Shown here one piece after another: positions 22,563-33,651 of a stretch of 64,000 bases of DNA (positions are counted from its first letter, which is position 1; every line of letters begins with the position of its first letter). Below the pieces are notes generated by a model. The model worked only from the letters and a program-made list of their open reading frames with translations, made no database searches and had not been told where the DNA came from. The position numbers and the translations under genes are program-made. This stretch comes from Oopsacas minuta (taxonomy: Eukaryota > Animalia > Porifera), in the NCBI GenBank assembly GCA_024704765.1, contig JAKMXF010000298.1, positions 1 to 64,000 on the forward strand, read 5' to 3'.

Positions 22563-25268
22563 CTAGTTTGTTGTAGCTTTACTTAAAAAGTTAGAAGTGT
22601 TCGGGATGCCAGAAGTTCCACTTAGGTCATGTATCATAGCTGCTAATTGTTGCATTTTTTCCAGCTTAGCTTTGGTAAGCTTTTGCCCTTCTCTCTCAAT
22701 CTGTAATTCACTATTTAGCTTGATTTTCTCTGATTGCAATTCATTAGCTCTCTCCATAAGAGATTCCTTACTCTTCTGAGCATTAGCTATCTGTTTAGCT
22801 AGTGAGTCTCTCTCTGCAATAATCTCTTCCAATTGTCGTTCAATTTGTGATATTTTAGTACTTTGTTGTGTAACATTAACTTCTAATTCTTTCACATAAT
22901 TATCTCTCTCAAGTAATATCTGTTTGTATTTCTGCTTTTCTATTTCTGTATCTTTATTCTGCTCAAAAAGTCGTTCTTGTTGAGACTTCAAAGTTTGAAT
23001 AGTTACTTCGAGAGATTCGTTATCTTCCTGCAGATTTCTAGCTACAGAGCATTCTCTCTTCAGATTAGCTTTTAGCCTGTCACAAACTTCAGATTTGTCT
23101 GCAACCTCAGCTGCTATTTGGATACACTTTACTTCTAACTCTTGTAAACTAATTATTTCTCTCTTAAGGGAATCGTTATCAAAACTTAATTCATTTTCTC
23201 TCTCAGTTAGACACTTCACCTTTCGCTCTTCCTTCAATAACTTATTTTGTATTTGAGTTAAAGCATTGCTTAAATTCTGACACTCACTTTCACTGTCTGC
23301 TAGTTTACATCTAAGCTGAGCTCCCAGTCTCTCAGATTGTTGCAGAGAAAGTGACTTAGTTTCTTGTAGTGCCTCTATCTGGTTAACTTTAGTCTCTAAA
23401 GTAGACAGTTTGTACTCGTAAATGTCAATAATATCTGTGTTACGCATGTCTGCTATAGACAAACCGCTTCTCATTCTCTCAATAGAATCCTCCACTGAAT
23501 TAGAATCAAGCTTTAGAGGATTGTGACGTTTTCTAGCTGTATCCGTGACGTCATTAACCTGGGGTGTACTCTGTTGTATTAGCTCTTTCTGATTGTGTGA
23601 AGAGGTAGCAAGGATATTACCAAAGTTAGAAATATGGAAGTTAGGTCTCTGTAACGCATCTCGTAACAACTCAAGAGATAGCAGAGTTTCTCTCCTATCA
23701 CTGTGTGTTATAGCATAAGATAGATAAGGTAGTAGTCTAGGGTCTTCAAGGATTGAATTATAAGCTTCTTGACACATACGTTTAGAGTCCTTAAGAGTTG
23801 CTAATATCTTAACTGTAACTAACAAGAGCTGTATAGCAGATGATTTTCTGTTTATTAATTCATTTTCTCTTTCGTTATGAATACTGAACAAAGATTGAGT
23901 AGTTGAGAGTATGAATGTATATAACTCAAGTAACAGCTGATCAGAGATAGACTCGGATATAGGCTGTAGTTGTAAACTATGTTTGCAGACTGTGCTTGTA
24001 AGATGCAATAGTTTTATCAACTTAGTAAGATATAGACTCCCTTGTGTTTCTTGATTCTGTTCAGCTCTAAGACAATTAACTCCAATACTCAGCTGTTTGC
24101 TGAGAGCAGGAGAGAGGTGTGAAATTACGCTAGAGGGTCCTGGATCAATTTCAAACAATACTCTGAGTAGATCGATTGCAAGAAATGTAGCAGTTTGATT
24201 ACTTTGCAGAGGTTGTCCTATCCAAGCTATAATATCCAGGAATACGCTAGAACTGTCTGTCTCATAGAGAACTATTCTAACTAACAATTCAGTAGGTCTT
24301 TCCATTTTACAAATAGATAGTAATAGTTCTAGCAGCAAAGAAGCACGATTAGCATCAGCAATAGAGAATAGCTTACAAATAGATTGCAGGTATTTTGGCA
24401 ACAATTCGTACTCTACTAATGCAGTCTGTATTCTTATAGTTTGAGTTATGCTACAAAACAAATCGACACAGGATCTGATTACTATACGAGAATCTTCCAT
24501 CTTATCAGGAGATTGACAGGTTAGCTTAAAAATCAATTGAAAAGTCTGCTCAATATTCTTTCCATTAAATATCTTCATTCCCAGATCTTCTTCTAGCCAG
24601 AGACTGGATAATATAGACAGTGACAGTATAAGAACAGCTAATGATTCATCCTTCATGTTAGCTATCAACACACGGTTAAGAGCACTAGCACTAGATAATC
24701 CCTTGAGATAAGCCTGTACAGATACATTAGTGTAAGACAAGTTAGAAATAATCGCAAGAGAAGCAATCCTATATTCAGCACTACATTCTGATACCACTGT
24801 ATGCACTGAGAAGTCTAGAATATCCTCTATACATCCGTTAGGACATGTTACAGTTAGTTTATAAGTGATCATTTGTAACAGCTTGAGAGTTTGTAAGAGA
24901 CTGGATTGATAGACAGTACCTGTAGAACTTTCTAGAAACCGAGCTAATTTAACTACCAGGAGAGATCGTGTACACAAATGCTTGAGGATATCTCTGTCTA
25001 GAATTAAATAACTGAGTATCATTAGAGTCTTATGGATCAGAGTAGAAGGTTGAAATCTTTTATCTATCAAATTAGTCAAGCCACATAGTATGACGTCATT
25101 TAATAGAATAATAGATTTAGATTTAGCACTCAATTGTCTGCCATTGCTAGAATGCGTCAGCGTCAAATCAAGCTGATGCTCAAATTCTTTCTGATTATCT
25201 TTGTTAGATTCTCTCTTGTATTGAGCTAGACTAGTAGCTAAGCCCTGGAATACTGGACACGAGTCCAT
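22563..25268 (-). CDS. CIP2A: CIP2A (armadillo repeats plus coiled coil)
   Basis: MDSCPVFQGLATSLAQYK start; DIIDIYEYKL; LAAMIHDLSG end. Homology favours the ATG at 25268 (901 aa); a second in-frame ATG lies at 25304. Confidence 0.9.
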   Translation of the reverse strand: MDSCPVFQGLATSLAQYKRESNKDNQKEFEHQLDLTLTHSSNGRQLSAKSKSIILLNDVILCGLTNLIDKRFQPSTLIHKTLMILSYLILDRDILKHLCTRSLLVVKLARFLESSTGTVYQSSLLQTLKLLQMITYKLTVTCPNGCIEDILDFSVHTVVSECSAEYRIASLAIISNLSYTNVSVQAYLKGLSSASALNRVLIANMKDESLAVLILSLSILSSLWLEEDLGMKIFNGKNIEQTFQLIFKLTCQSPDKMEDSRIVIRSCVDLFCSITQTIRIQTALVEYELLPKYLQSICKLFSIADANRASLLLELLLSICKMERPTELLVRIVLYETDSSSVFLDIIAWIGQPLQSNQTATFLAIDLLRVLFEIDPGPSSVISHLSPALSKQLSIGVNCLRAEQNQETQGSLYLTKLIKLLHLTSTVCKHSLQLQPISESISDQLLLELYTFILSTTQSLFSIHNERENELINRKSSAIQLLLVTVKILATLKDSKRMCQEAYNSILEDPRLLPYLSYAITHSDRRETLLSLELLRDALQRPNFHISNFGNILATSSHNQKELIQQSTPQVNDVTDTARKRHNPLKLDSNSVEDSIERMRSGLSIADMRNTDIIDIYEYKLSTLETKVNQIEALQETKSLSLQQSERLGAQLRCKLADSESECQNLSNALTQIQNKLLKEERKVKCLTERENELSFDNDSLKREIISLQELEVKCIQIAAEVADKSEVCDRLKANLKRECSVARNLQEDNESLEVTIQTLKSQQERLFEQNKDTEIEKQKYKQILLERDNYVKELEVNVTQQSTKISQIERQLEEIIAERDSLAKQIANAQKSKESLMERANELQSEKIKLNSELQIEREGQKLTKAKLEKMQQLAAMIHDLSGTSGIPNTSNFLSKATTN

Positions 25269-25407
25269 CTGGAAATAATAGAATAATTCACCTGGTAAGA
25301 GCATTAGACTGGGTATAATTGTATTAAAGGGATCTTTAATAAAATTGTATACATTAAATTTATGTACAAAATAACATTGTAAGTGACGTAATCAACTTAT
25401 CTCTTGG

Positions 25408-27744
25408 CTATGTTTCTGTATCAGAGTGCTTAGCTTGCTCCAGCTGTAGAGTCAGCTGTTTAACCTGAGCACTCCAATACTCACTACTCTCTTTCATCTG
25501 TAAACTCATCTCGGATACACGTCTTACCCAGTATAGCTTGGTATCTGGAGAGTTATCAGGATCTTCTCTGAGTTTGGAAGTACTCTCATTTAGCTCTACT
25601 TGACTCAATCCTTTCTGTAGAGCTTTTCTATAATTCTGAGAGAAGTTAGGAGACCCTTTATTCTCAGGTAATACAACAGGTAGAGAACTAGCCATCTGAT
25701 TAGACACATCCTCTAAGAGTGGGTCCTCATTCAGATAGGGGTAGGAGTGATGAGTAGGTGCCCTATCTGGTGATGTCATTGACCTGGTTCTCTGCTGTAA
25801 TTGTGTTATTTCCTGCTGTAACATATTCTTATCACGAGTAGCATCTCTCAGTTTCTTTTCAAAGCATTTTACCTAACATACGTTATATAATGTGTATTAA
25901 TTTTTAAAATATATATAACAAAGCACCTGTTCTGTCTCTATGTGCAGACGTTGATTGAGACTTTGTAACTGAGTGTTCGATATAATATTCTTGTCAGTAG
26001 ACTTTGACAGTTCTCTTTGTAACGTACTAGCTTGGCCTGTCAACTTGTCAATGTCTTGCTGCTTTATTTGAAAAGACTCAACCAATTGTTCCTGCATTTC
26101 TAAGCAAGCTTGTAATGCCTTACTCAGATCTATCACTTGTCTGTCAAGTTGTTCACAAGATCTAGTCTTATCTCTGTTTACCTGTTGCAGATTAGATAAT
26201 TGTTCTAATAAGTCAGTTTGTTGTCTATTGCTCTCCAGCAATTTATCCTGACTTATTTCCAATTCCCTCTTCTTCCTATATAAAATTTGTGTATAATCAA
26301 GAGTATAGCAGATATAGTATAATATATATACTGACTAACTTCCTGATTAACTCATCTGATTGAGTTTTGTGTTGTTCTATCTCTGTTAGAGCTGTGTTAA
26401 GTTTATCCTGTAGATTGGCTATCTCCCTAGCCCTCTCAGATTCCAGTATGTTATTCTCCTACAAAATTAATGCAATAATATAGCTATTAAATAAATGTAT
26501 CCTATGAACTAACTCTGTTATTAAATAGAGTATCTTCATGATTCTTTATCTTCTCTCTAGCAGCTAATAACTCATCCCATAGCAATGATATCTCTTCTCT
26601 ATTCTCTACTAACAATCCTTGTTGTGTGTCTGGTCTGGTATCAGATTGTATTCTTTGTCTATAGAGATGTGTTGGCTAATGCCTCAGCATAAATATGTGA
26701 ATAACTTACTTATTCTCTTCACAAGATCTTCCCTTTGCTTCTACCTCTCTTCTCAATAATTCTATTTCTGTATTTAATCCCTCCAGTCTGTCAATCAGTG
26801 ACAGATTGTCTCTCTCCTTCTCTCCCAACTCATTCTCTCTTCCTTGTAACAATCCTTGTAGATGTAATAACTCTTCACTTACTCTATCTCTCTCACTGAT
26901 CATATTTACTTCTCTTCTAGCAACTACTGCTAGTTCTGCTCTTAATTCCGTATTCACAGTTTCTACTTGAGAGAATCCATCCTCTAGCTCTGCTCGCTCT
27001 ATTACTAATCTCTCTATTGTACTTCTTGCATTATCTAGCTCTGCATCCATGGTATCAACATTACAATTAGCTATACTATCCAATTTCTGTGAACAAGTTT
27101 CAACACTGCTGGATATATTAGAGAACTTATCTTTATACTGACTAAGCTCATCGACTAGCTCTCTCTTCTCCTGATGAGATCTCTTTAGTTTAGATAACAT
27201 TTCCTTATTAAACCTATGCATACTCATTTCACCATCTCCTTCTTGTGTAAGTACAACTGCCATCTGATCCTCTAAACCTTTAATCTTGTCACTCAGCTGT
27301 TGTACTGAATCAACTGACAGGTCTGATGCTTGACAGTTCTTGAGAGCTTGGAAAGTAGATAGGAACTTGTTCTGCCAGAATTGTAGCTTGTTTTCAGCAT
27401 CTCTCTCAAATTCTCCATACAATCTAGTAAGATCTGTAACCTACAAATAATCTATCATTATACAGATATAATACATAGAATATTATAGCTACCTTCTGTT
27501 GTAGACGTTTGAGTTTAGTTTCGTATGCTTGTGCAATTTTCTTCTCGTCTCCTTGCGAAATATCTCCCAAGCTATCTGAACCGAAACTTGACACCATTTT
27601 TAGACGGGTCAGAGCGTGTAAATCATTTCCTGAGTCTATTGACTTAGAGCTACATGCTTTAAGGTATCTGGGCTTAAGATCCTCTAATATGTTAAGTAGT
27701 GGAGATATTGGACTAGTAGGAGGGTCAAGTTGTTTCTCAGCCAT
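25408..27744 (-). CDS. Unrecognised coiled-coil protein, 686 aa, 6 exons: 27744-27493, 27440-26710, 26658-26514, 26458-26340, 26275-25927, 25872-25408
   Basis: Five GT-AG introns (52, 51, 55, 64 and 54 bp) join four track ORFs and two small exons into one open frame with consistent phases; heptad-rich throughout. Confidence 0.8.
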
Positions 27745-27868
27745 CTCAGCTTATAAAGCTAACAGAATAGGAATTATGTATATAGCATATACGTATATGC
27801 GTTCTATTTAGAAAGAGATAGTAAGGAATATATTAATATAATCACCAATATTATTCTAATCAACATTA

Positions 27869-28884
27869 TTAATCGGCCTGATTGTTTGTAGGATTATTAA
27901 CACTAACTGCAGAGGTACCAGGACCTGTAGTATTAGCTACAGTACTCCCGGTTATGAAGGAAGGACCTAATCCATACAAATGTCCGTTATACTTTTCATC
28001 ATCTATTTCCCCCTCAAAGAACATCTGTTTCATCCTAAAGAATGCAGCACCCGTGAGATTACTGTCAGAACCAGCTTGATGCTTCTCTCCTATCCTCTCT
28101 ATTACCAGAGTATCAGCTACCTGTATATGCATAAGGTTACAGCTAAATAATACAAACAGTCATGCCACAGACCTCTTGCAGTCCTCCCTTCAGATTCTTA
28201 CAAGATTTCATTATATATTTGACGTCATAAACCTTAGGGAAATATAATCGTAACAGATCAAAGAATTCTGATTCTTCTGCCGGTAGATTTTGACAAGTAA
28301 GTAGTCTTAACAAATATCCGAAATCATATCCAGAATGGAAAGTTATCCAAGCTACATTATCACATAACACTAGACCGGAAGATATCAGTAGCTCAGCTAT
28401 TTCTGGTATTTCTATGCCCTCCTCTTCGTGTCGTTTGAAATCCATTCCTGAGTTATTCAACAGTTCTATTGAGTCTTGTGCGTACATGTCTTGCTCTAGA
28501 TTGAACCGGAAATTGAACTGCCAGGTGCATGGGCCTTTATCTGGCTGAATTAGAATGATTAAAATGCTATTAATTAACAAAAGAGTGAGTACAAATAACA
28601 AATACCTTATTTCCTTCTAGATCGAAGAATGTAATTCCTAATTGTATAATCTTTAGCATATCTACATTACACCTCAGTAACTGGTACTGATACTCAGAGG
28701 CAGATCGGAACTCTCCGCGGGGTCTAGCCACTACTCCGGGGAATTCTGTATCCATAGAAATACAAGGGAACTTTTGTACAATTACACGTATCCTCATAAA
28801 CTCATCTTCCAGGTTATGTTTCCAAATATTCACAATCTCGTCCTCTTCAGGAGGTTGTGGATGAGTACCAGAGGCTGTCTGCAT
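27869..28884 (-). CDS. CNOT7: CCR4-NOT deadenylase CAF1 (CNOT7/8); exons 28884-28606, 28544-28173, 28120-27869
   Basis: SMDTEFPG; TWQFNFRF; FHSGYDFGYL; HQAGSDS. Phase-0 introns of 61 and 52 bp. Confidence 0.95.
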
Positions 28885-29180
28885 GCTTTGCAAGTTACCT
28901 TATGAGCTAAGCTAAGACATACACTAAGCTGGTTATAAGAATACAATAAATATAGAAGTCTAATGGAAAATTGGTGTTACTCAGTACCCAGTACTACAAG
29001 TTATAGTATCCATTGTGCTGCTATTGTTTAAGCTCCAAGAAGATAAGACATAGCCATGGATAAGAGCTAAACATAATCAATTCACAACCCGCAACTATAG
29101 CTTATTCTAGATCCCACATTTATCAAACTATCTTCTTAAATATTTCCCTTATAATTATATCTCCTTCAGCTACAATTAGA
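28885..29180. promoter_or_regulatory. Probable bidirectional promoter between CNOT7 and NDUFS8
   Basis: 296 bp between two divergent ATGs; positional inference only. Confidence 0.5.
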
Positions 29181-29810
29181 ATGTTTCGTATTTCCTCTAA
29201 CCTATACAAAGCCTGCATCTACAGACATACTCCTATAAGATATTTCTCTGCACAACAACCTTCTCGTGCTCACAAATACATGTACGTGACTAGTCATCCT
29301 GACTATATTCCCATGGATTGGAAGTCTACAATGGATAGAAACGCACAGACACTTCTTCTAACGGAACTGATAACTGGTTTGATGGTTGTTATCGGGTCCA
29401 TGTTCAAGGAGCCCGTTACTATCAATTATCCTTTTGAAAAGGGACCCTTGAGTCCCAGATTCCGGGGAGAACACGCCCTGAGGAGGTACCCTAACGGAGA
29501 GGAGAGATGTATTGCTTGTAAACTGTGCGAGGCTATCTGTCCGGCTCAAGCTATCACGATAGAGGCTGAAGAGAGGGAGGACGGCAGCAGAAGAACTACT
29601 CGTTACGACATAGATATGACAAAGTGTATCTATTGCGGATTTTGTCAAGAGGCTTGTCCAGTGGATGCTATCGTAGAAGGACCTAACTTTGAATACTCAA
29701 CTGAGACACACGAGGAATTGCTATACAACAAAGAGAAGCTACTCAACAATGGAGACCGCTGGGAGAAGGAAATAGCAGCTAATATTGATGCGGACTTTCT
29801 CTATCGATAG
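29181..29810 (+). CDS. NDUFS8: NADH dehydrogenase Fe-S protein 8 (TYKY)
   Basis: [12 protein letters not shown] and [12 protein letters not shown] 4Fe-4S motifs; N-terminal transit-peptide-like sequence. Confidence 0.98.
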   Translation: MFRISSNLYKACIYRHTPIRYFSAQQPSRAHKYMYVTSHPDYIPMDWKSTMDRNAQTLLLTELITGLMVVIGSMFKEPVTINYPFEKGPLSPRFRGEHALRRYPNGEERCIACKLCEAICPAQAITIEAEEREDGSRRTTRYDIDMTKCIYCGFCQEACPVDAIVEGPNFEYSTETHEELLYNKEKLLNNGDRWEKEIAANIDADFLYR

Positions 29811-29955
29811 AGAAAGGTATCCTGTAGAATTGATTACTTTTGTCACTCCTCATGTAAGTTATAAATTGATCCACGAATGTTTCGCAATAATTATATCTAA
29901 TATTATAACTACTCTATAATTATGTGATTGTGTGTAAGTACATAGAAATTAGCTA

Positions 29956-32508
29956 ATGACAGAGCTCACAGAGACAGACATGAGAGCTCAGCTGTTAGAA
30001 GCAGAGCTAAAGCTAGAGAGTAGTCAATCTGAATTCAATAAACAGCGATCAAAATTCAAAGATATTCTCCTTACACAGGAATCTGAGTTAAAATTACAAC
30101 AAGACAAAATAGATAGTCTCTCTTCTGATAACATGGCCTACCATGAACAGCTGGCTATCACTAATAAGGAGCACAGTGAGGCTATTGAAATGTTAAAACT
30201 ATCTCAAACTCTGGACGAGCAGGACTTTGCCAAGCGACGTAGTAGTATGGAACAAGAGCAGAACTCTCTAAGACAGAGCTACCATCTACAACTACAAGAA
30301 TATCAAGCACAGCTTCAAGTATTGTCTATGCAAAAAGTTAAATGGGTTAATGAGAGGGACAGTCTTATACAGGAGCTCTCAAAACAAAAAACTACACTAG
30401 ACTCAATGAACACAGCTAAACAGAGTACTGCTATTACTCCTACTCTAGAAGACGAGATGAGCAGAGCTCAGGAAGAGAGTAGCAAGCTAAAGAATGTGGT
30501 GATACCTCTTGAAAGAGAGATAGCTAATCTCAAGAAACAGTTGGAGCAGAGCAAGAGAAATAGTCCTCAATCCTCTCACAAACAGTATAATCTTATCAAC
30601 TTTGATACTTCCGAAACTGATCAGCCTGTGAGAAAAGAATCAGACGCATTCCTCAGCACTATCCTATCCAGCTCTGACATAGAGGCTAGCAGTAACATTA
30701 ATGCATTCGATCCTTTATTTGAGAGCTCTTCTATAGGTGTAGTACAGCAGATACTGGATATAAGCCAGGGTAGTAGTGAGAGGGATACTAAGAGGGAGAG
30801 CCAGGATAGGATGAGAGGACTGGAAGGAGAGGTCAGGGACTGTCAACTCCGTTGCACAAAGTACGAGGGATTATTAGATGAACTGAGAGCAGATAATTAC
30901 GAGTTAACCGATAAATGCGCTTCTCTTACAGCTCATCTCTCTCGTATAATTAAAGAGATGAATATGCTTAAGACTACTACCAAAAAGTTGAAAGATCTGT
31001 TGACTATTTCACAAGTTTCTCTCTCAGACAGACCAGATGATTTCTCACAACTGGACTGGGATATAATACAAGAGTATCTTAAAGATCCTCTCTCCCCTTC
31101 TCCTATTACACCTACATCCGACAGATTCAGCATGCTAACAGGATCTCCTGTCAGATTCAGTCTACAGACTCCAGACTCAAGACAGCTCTGTACTACTCCA
31201 GAGCTTAACACTAAGCTAGTAGAGCTTACAGATGAGAAAGGGATAAGTCTCATTAGAGAAGAGCTAGCTAAAGCAAAGAGTAAATTAGAAGAAGTAGAGA
31301 GAGAAAACAAAAGTTTAAAGGGTGAGGTAGATACCCTGCAGCAGGCTAGTAGGACCCCTGGTAACATAGAAACTAGTCAGACTCAGAAACAAATGACATT
31401 CTTAAAAGTTACAGTAGATCAACAGAAATCATCTCTGGTTAAAGAGAGGAGATTAAGAACTGAAATGCGTAAAGAAATAGGTCAGCATCTATCTAACATT
31501 AAATCTATAGAAGAGATATACTCAGAGAAGGAGAGGGCGTTGGAAGAGTTAACTACAGAAATGAGAGAGGAGCTTAGTATAGCTAAGAGAGATGCTCAGC
31601 AACAAATAGCAGCTCTTATGAATGATAGAGAGAAGTTACTGCTACGTATCAAACAGTTAGAAGATGATTACTCTTCATTAGGCGATCAGAGACAGGGGGA
31701 ATTAAAGAGTTACAGTGCTCAGCTTAATGAAGAGAAATATCGCAAATCAGAGGCAGAGAATAACGTAGCTGCTCTGCAGCAGCAGTTAGTTGTAGTACAG
31801 GAAGCTAAGACTAAACAGCACAGTGAATTTGGTAGCAAACTAACTGACAGAGCTGATCAGATAACCAAACTACAATCTGATAAAGAACAAGTTGAGGATA
31901 CATTAGCTGAAGAGGTTACTAATCTGACTAAACAAGTTGATCAGCTGAGAACTCAGCTGGAGATAATACAAACAACTAAAGCAGAACTCCTATCTGAGAA
32001 CCACAGACTGGAAACTGAATTAACTGCTAGCGTTAAGAAGTACGAGCATGATAACGTTAAACTAACTGATACGAATAATCTACTAACTACAGAACTAGAG
32101 AGTAAAGTAGCTCTGTTAGAGGAGAAGGAAGCTGCATTTATTCTACTGAAGACTGAACTCAACACGAGTGAAGAAGTACAAAGAGACTTCGTGCGTCTTT
32201 CCCAGCGTCTCCAGAAACAGGTAGCAGAGCTAGAAGATGACAAATCTGTCCTGAGATGGGAATTTGAAGAAGACGTGTTACAATGTCGTAACTGTAATCA
32301 ACCATTTAACATGACACGTCGTAAACACAGATGCAGACATTGCTGCAGTTTGTTCTGCCATGAGTGTTCTCAATGGACAGCTGAGAACCTGCAGAACAAA
32401 GAAGCACGAGTTTGTGAGGTATGTTACAAACTATTGGGATCTTCTATTCCTGATATATCTAAGAAGAAGAGACCTTCAACTAGTGGAGATTCTGCCAAGT
32501 CTAATTGA
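29956..32508 (+). CDS. RABEP1: Rabaptin-5 with C-terminal FYVE domain
   Basis: EFNKQRSKFK; KLKNVVIPLEREIANLK; SEEVQRDFVRLSQRLQ; FYVE WEFEED..CRNC...RRKHRCRHC...RVCEVC. Confidence 0.88.
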   Translation: MTELTETDMRAQLLEAELKLESSQSEFNKQRSKFKDILLTQESELKLQQDKIDSLSSDNMAYHEQLAITNKEHSEAIEMLKLSQTLDEQDFAKRRSSMEQEQNSLRQSYHLQLQEYQAQLQVLSMQKVKWVNERDSLIQELSKQKTTLDSMNTAKQSTAITPTLEDEMSRAQEESSKLKNVVIPLEREIANLKKQLEQSKRNSPQSSHKQYNLINFDTSETDQPVRKESDAFLSTILSSSDIEASSNINAFDPLFESSSIGVVQQILDISQGSSERDTKRESQDRMRGLEGEVRDCQLRCTKYEGLLDELRADNYELTDKCASLTAHLSRIIKEMNMLKTTTKKLKDLLTISQVSLSDRPDDFSQLDWDIIQEYLKDPLSPSPITPTSDRFSMLTGSPVRFSLQTPDSRQLCTTPELNTKLVELTDEKGISLIREELAKAKSKLEEVERENKSLKGEVDTLQQASRTPGNIETSQTQKQMTFLKVTVDQQKSSLVKERRLRTEMRKEIGQHLSNIKSIEEIYSEKERALEELTTEMREELSIAKRDAQQQIAALMNDREKLLLRIKQLEDDYSSLGDQRQGELKSYSAQLNEEKYRKSEAENNVAALQQQLVVVQEAKTKQHSEFGSKLTDRADQITKLQSDKEQVEDTLAEEVTNLTKQVDQLRTQLEIIQTTKAELLSENHRLETELTASVKKYEHDNVKLTDTNNLLTTELESKVALLEEKEAAFILLKTELNTSEEVQRDFVRLSQRLQKQVAELEDDKSVLRWEFEEDVLQCRNCNQPFNMTRRKHRCRHCCSLFCHECSQWTAENLQNKEARVCEVCYKLLGSSIPDISKKKRPSTSGDSAKSN

Positions 32509-32650
32509 ACTATTTTCTAGTAACAAGCTATTTTATCTACCCCTATACCCCTTGTAAGTTGTTACAACTGATAGATTGTAAATAGATTCAATATTCTACC
32601 GTTTTATAAGTATTACTTGAGAGCAATGAATTAATTAATGTTATAAGAGC

Positions 32651-33475
32651 TTATGAGCAGTCATAGTGCTCACAACTGAAATTCCATATAGATAAACATT
32701 GCCAAGAGATTGACCCATATTTCCTGCAGCATATGTCATGTTTATAGCACCCCTCATGGTAACAACAGTCTCCACACAGCCACCACCAGCAGTGTACCCC
32801 AGGACCACATAACCCGAGACATGTTGTCCCTATTGGTTTCTTTACACAGTGCTTTGATTTATTGTTAGGACATACTCCATTCCTTACAGTCCTATTATTC
32901 GTATGGTATGGATAGAGAGCATCACTAGCTAGAGATATTGCTACAGTACTTGTACTATTCCATTCATTAGTCCTTGCTTCTACTGCTATAGCCTCTGATA
33001 AGTGCTGTAACATAGTCATATCATATCTAGTGTGTATTTCTGATAGCACATAGTCTTTAGTCATATTTAGTTGTTGTTGTTTAGCAGTTAGATACACATT
33101 TTCATCTCTGTAAGTATTCAATTCTGTGTGTATTGATTCCATATCTTGCAAGTAGAAAGCTTCCTTAGTAATGATATTTTCTACAAACACAAACTCTCCA
33201 ATTTGCAAATATCCAATAGGGCTCTGTTTACTGAAACTATAGCTTATAATAACATCTTGTGTAACAGCATCTGCTATTATGAGCTGATTGTAATCCTCTC
33301 CAGCTATTGAGCTGAATCCTAGAGTTATATCTCTACCCCCAGTGTAGTTGTACTCTCCCGTTAACACTTCTCTATGATGCGCCTTACTCCATACGATAAT
33401 CCTGATAGCAGAGGTATCTATCACTGAGGCGATGATAGCGATTATAAATATACAAATAGTCCTCCTACCAAACAT
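32651..33475 (-). CDS. Secreted protein with Cys-rich C-terminal domain (possible sPLA2-like CGxG/HD motifs)
   Basis: ATG at 33475; hydrophobic signal-like ICIFIIAIIASVIDTSA; C-terminal CLGLCGPGVHCWWWLCGDCCYHEGCYKHDICC. Confidence 0.75.
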   Translation of the reverse strand: MFGRRTICIFIIAIIASVIDTSAIRIIVWSKAHHREVLTGEYNYTGGRDITLGFSSIAGEDYNQLIIADAVTQDVIISYSFSKQSPIGYLQIGEFVFVENIITKEAFYLQDMESIHTELNTYRDENVYLTAKQQQLNMTKDYVLSEIHTRYDMTMLQHLSEAIAVEARTNEWNSTSTVAISLASDALYPYHTNNRTVRNGVCPNNKSKHCVKKPIGTTCLGLCGPGVHCWWWLCGDCCYHEGCYKHDICCRKYGSISWQCLSIWNFSCEHYDCS

Positions 33476-33651
33476 TAGAAATAGCAAAATATTTTCAGGT
33501 TTAATACATGAACTCCTATTTATGAATATATTTTCCTTTGTAGGTCATAAGAGTTATAATCACTTGATCAAATTGCTTTATAATTATCGCTTCTTTTCCC
33601 ATAGTTTCCATTGTTCTAACCCCAATTTATTCTGAGATTTGTAATATAGTA

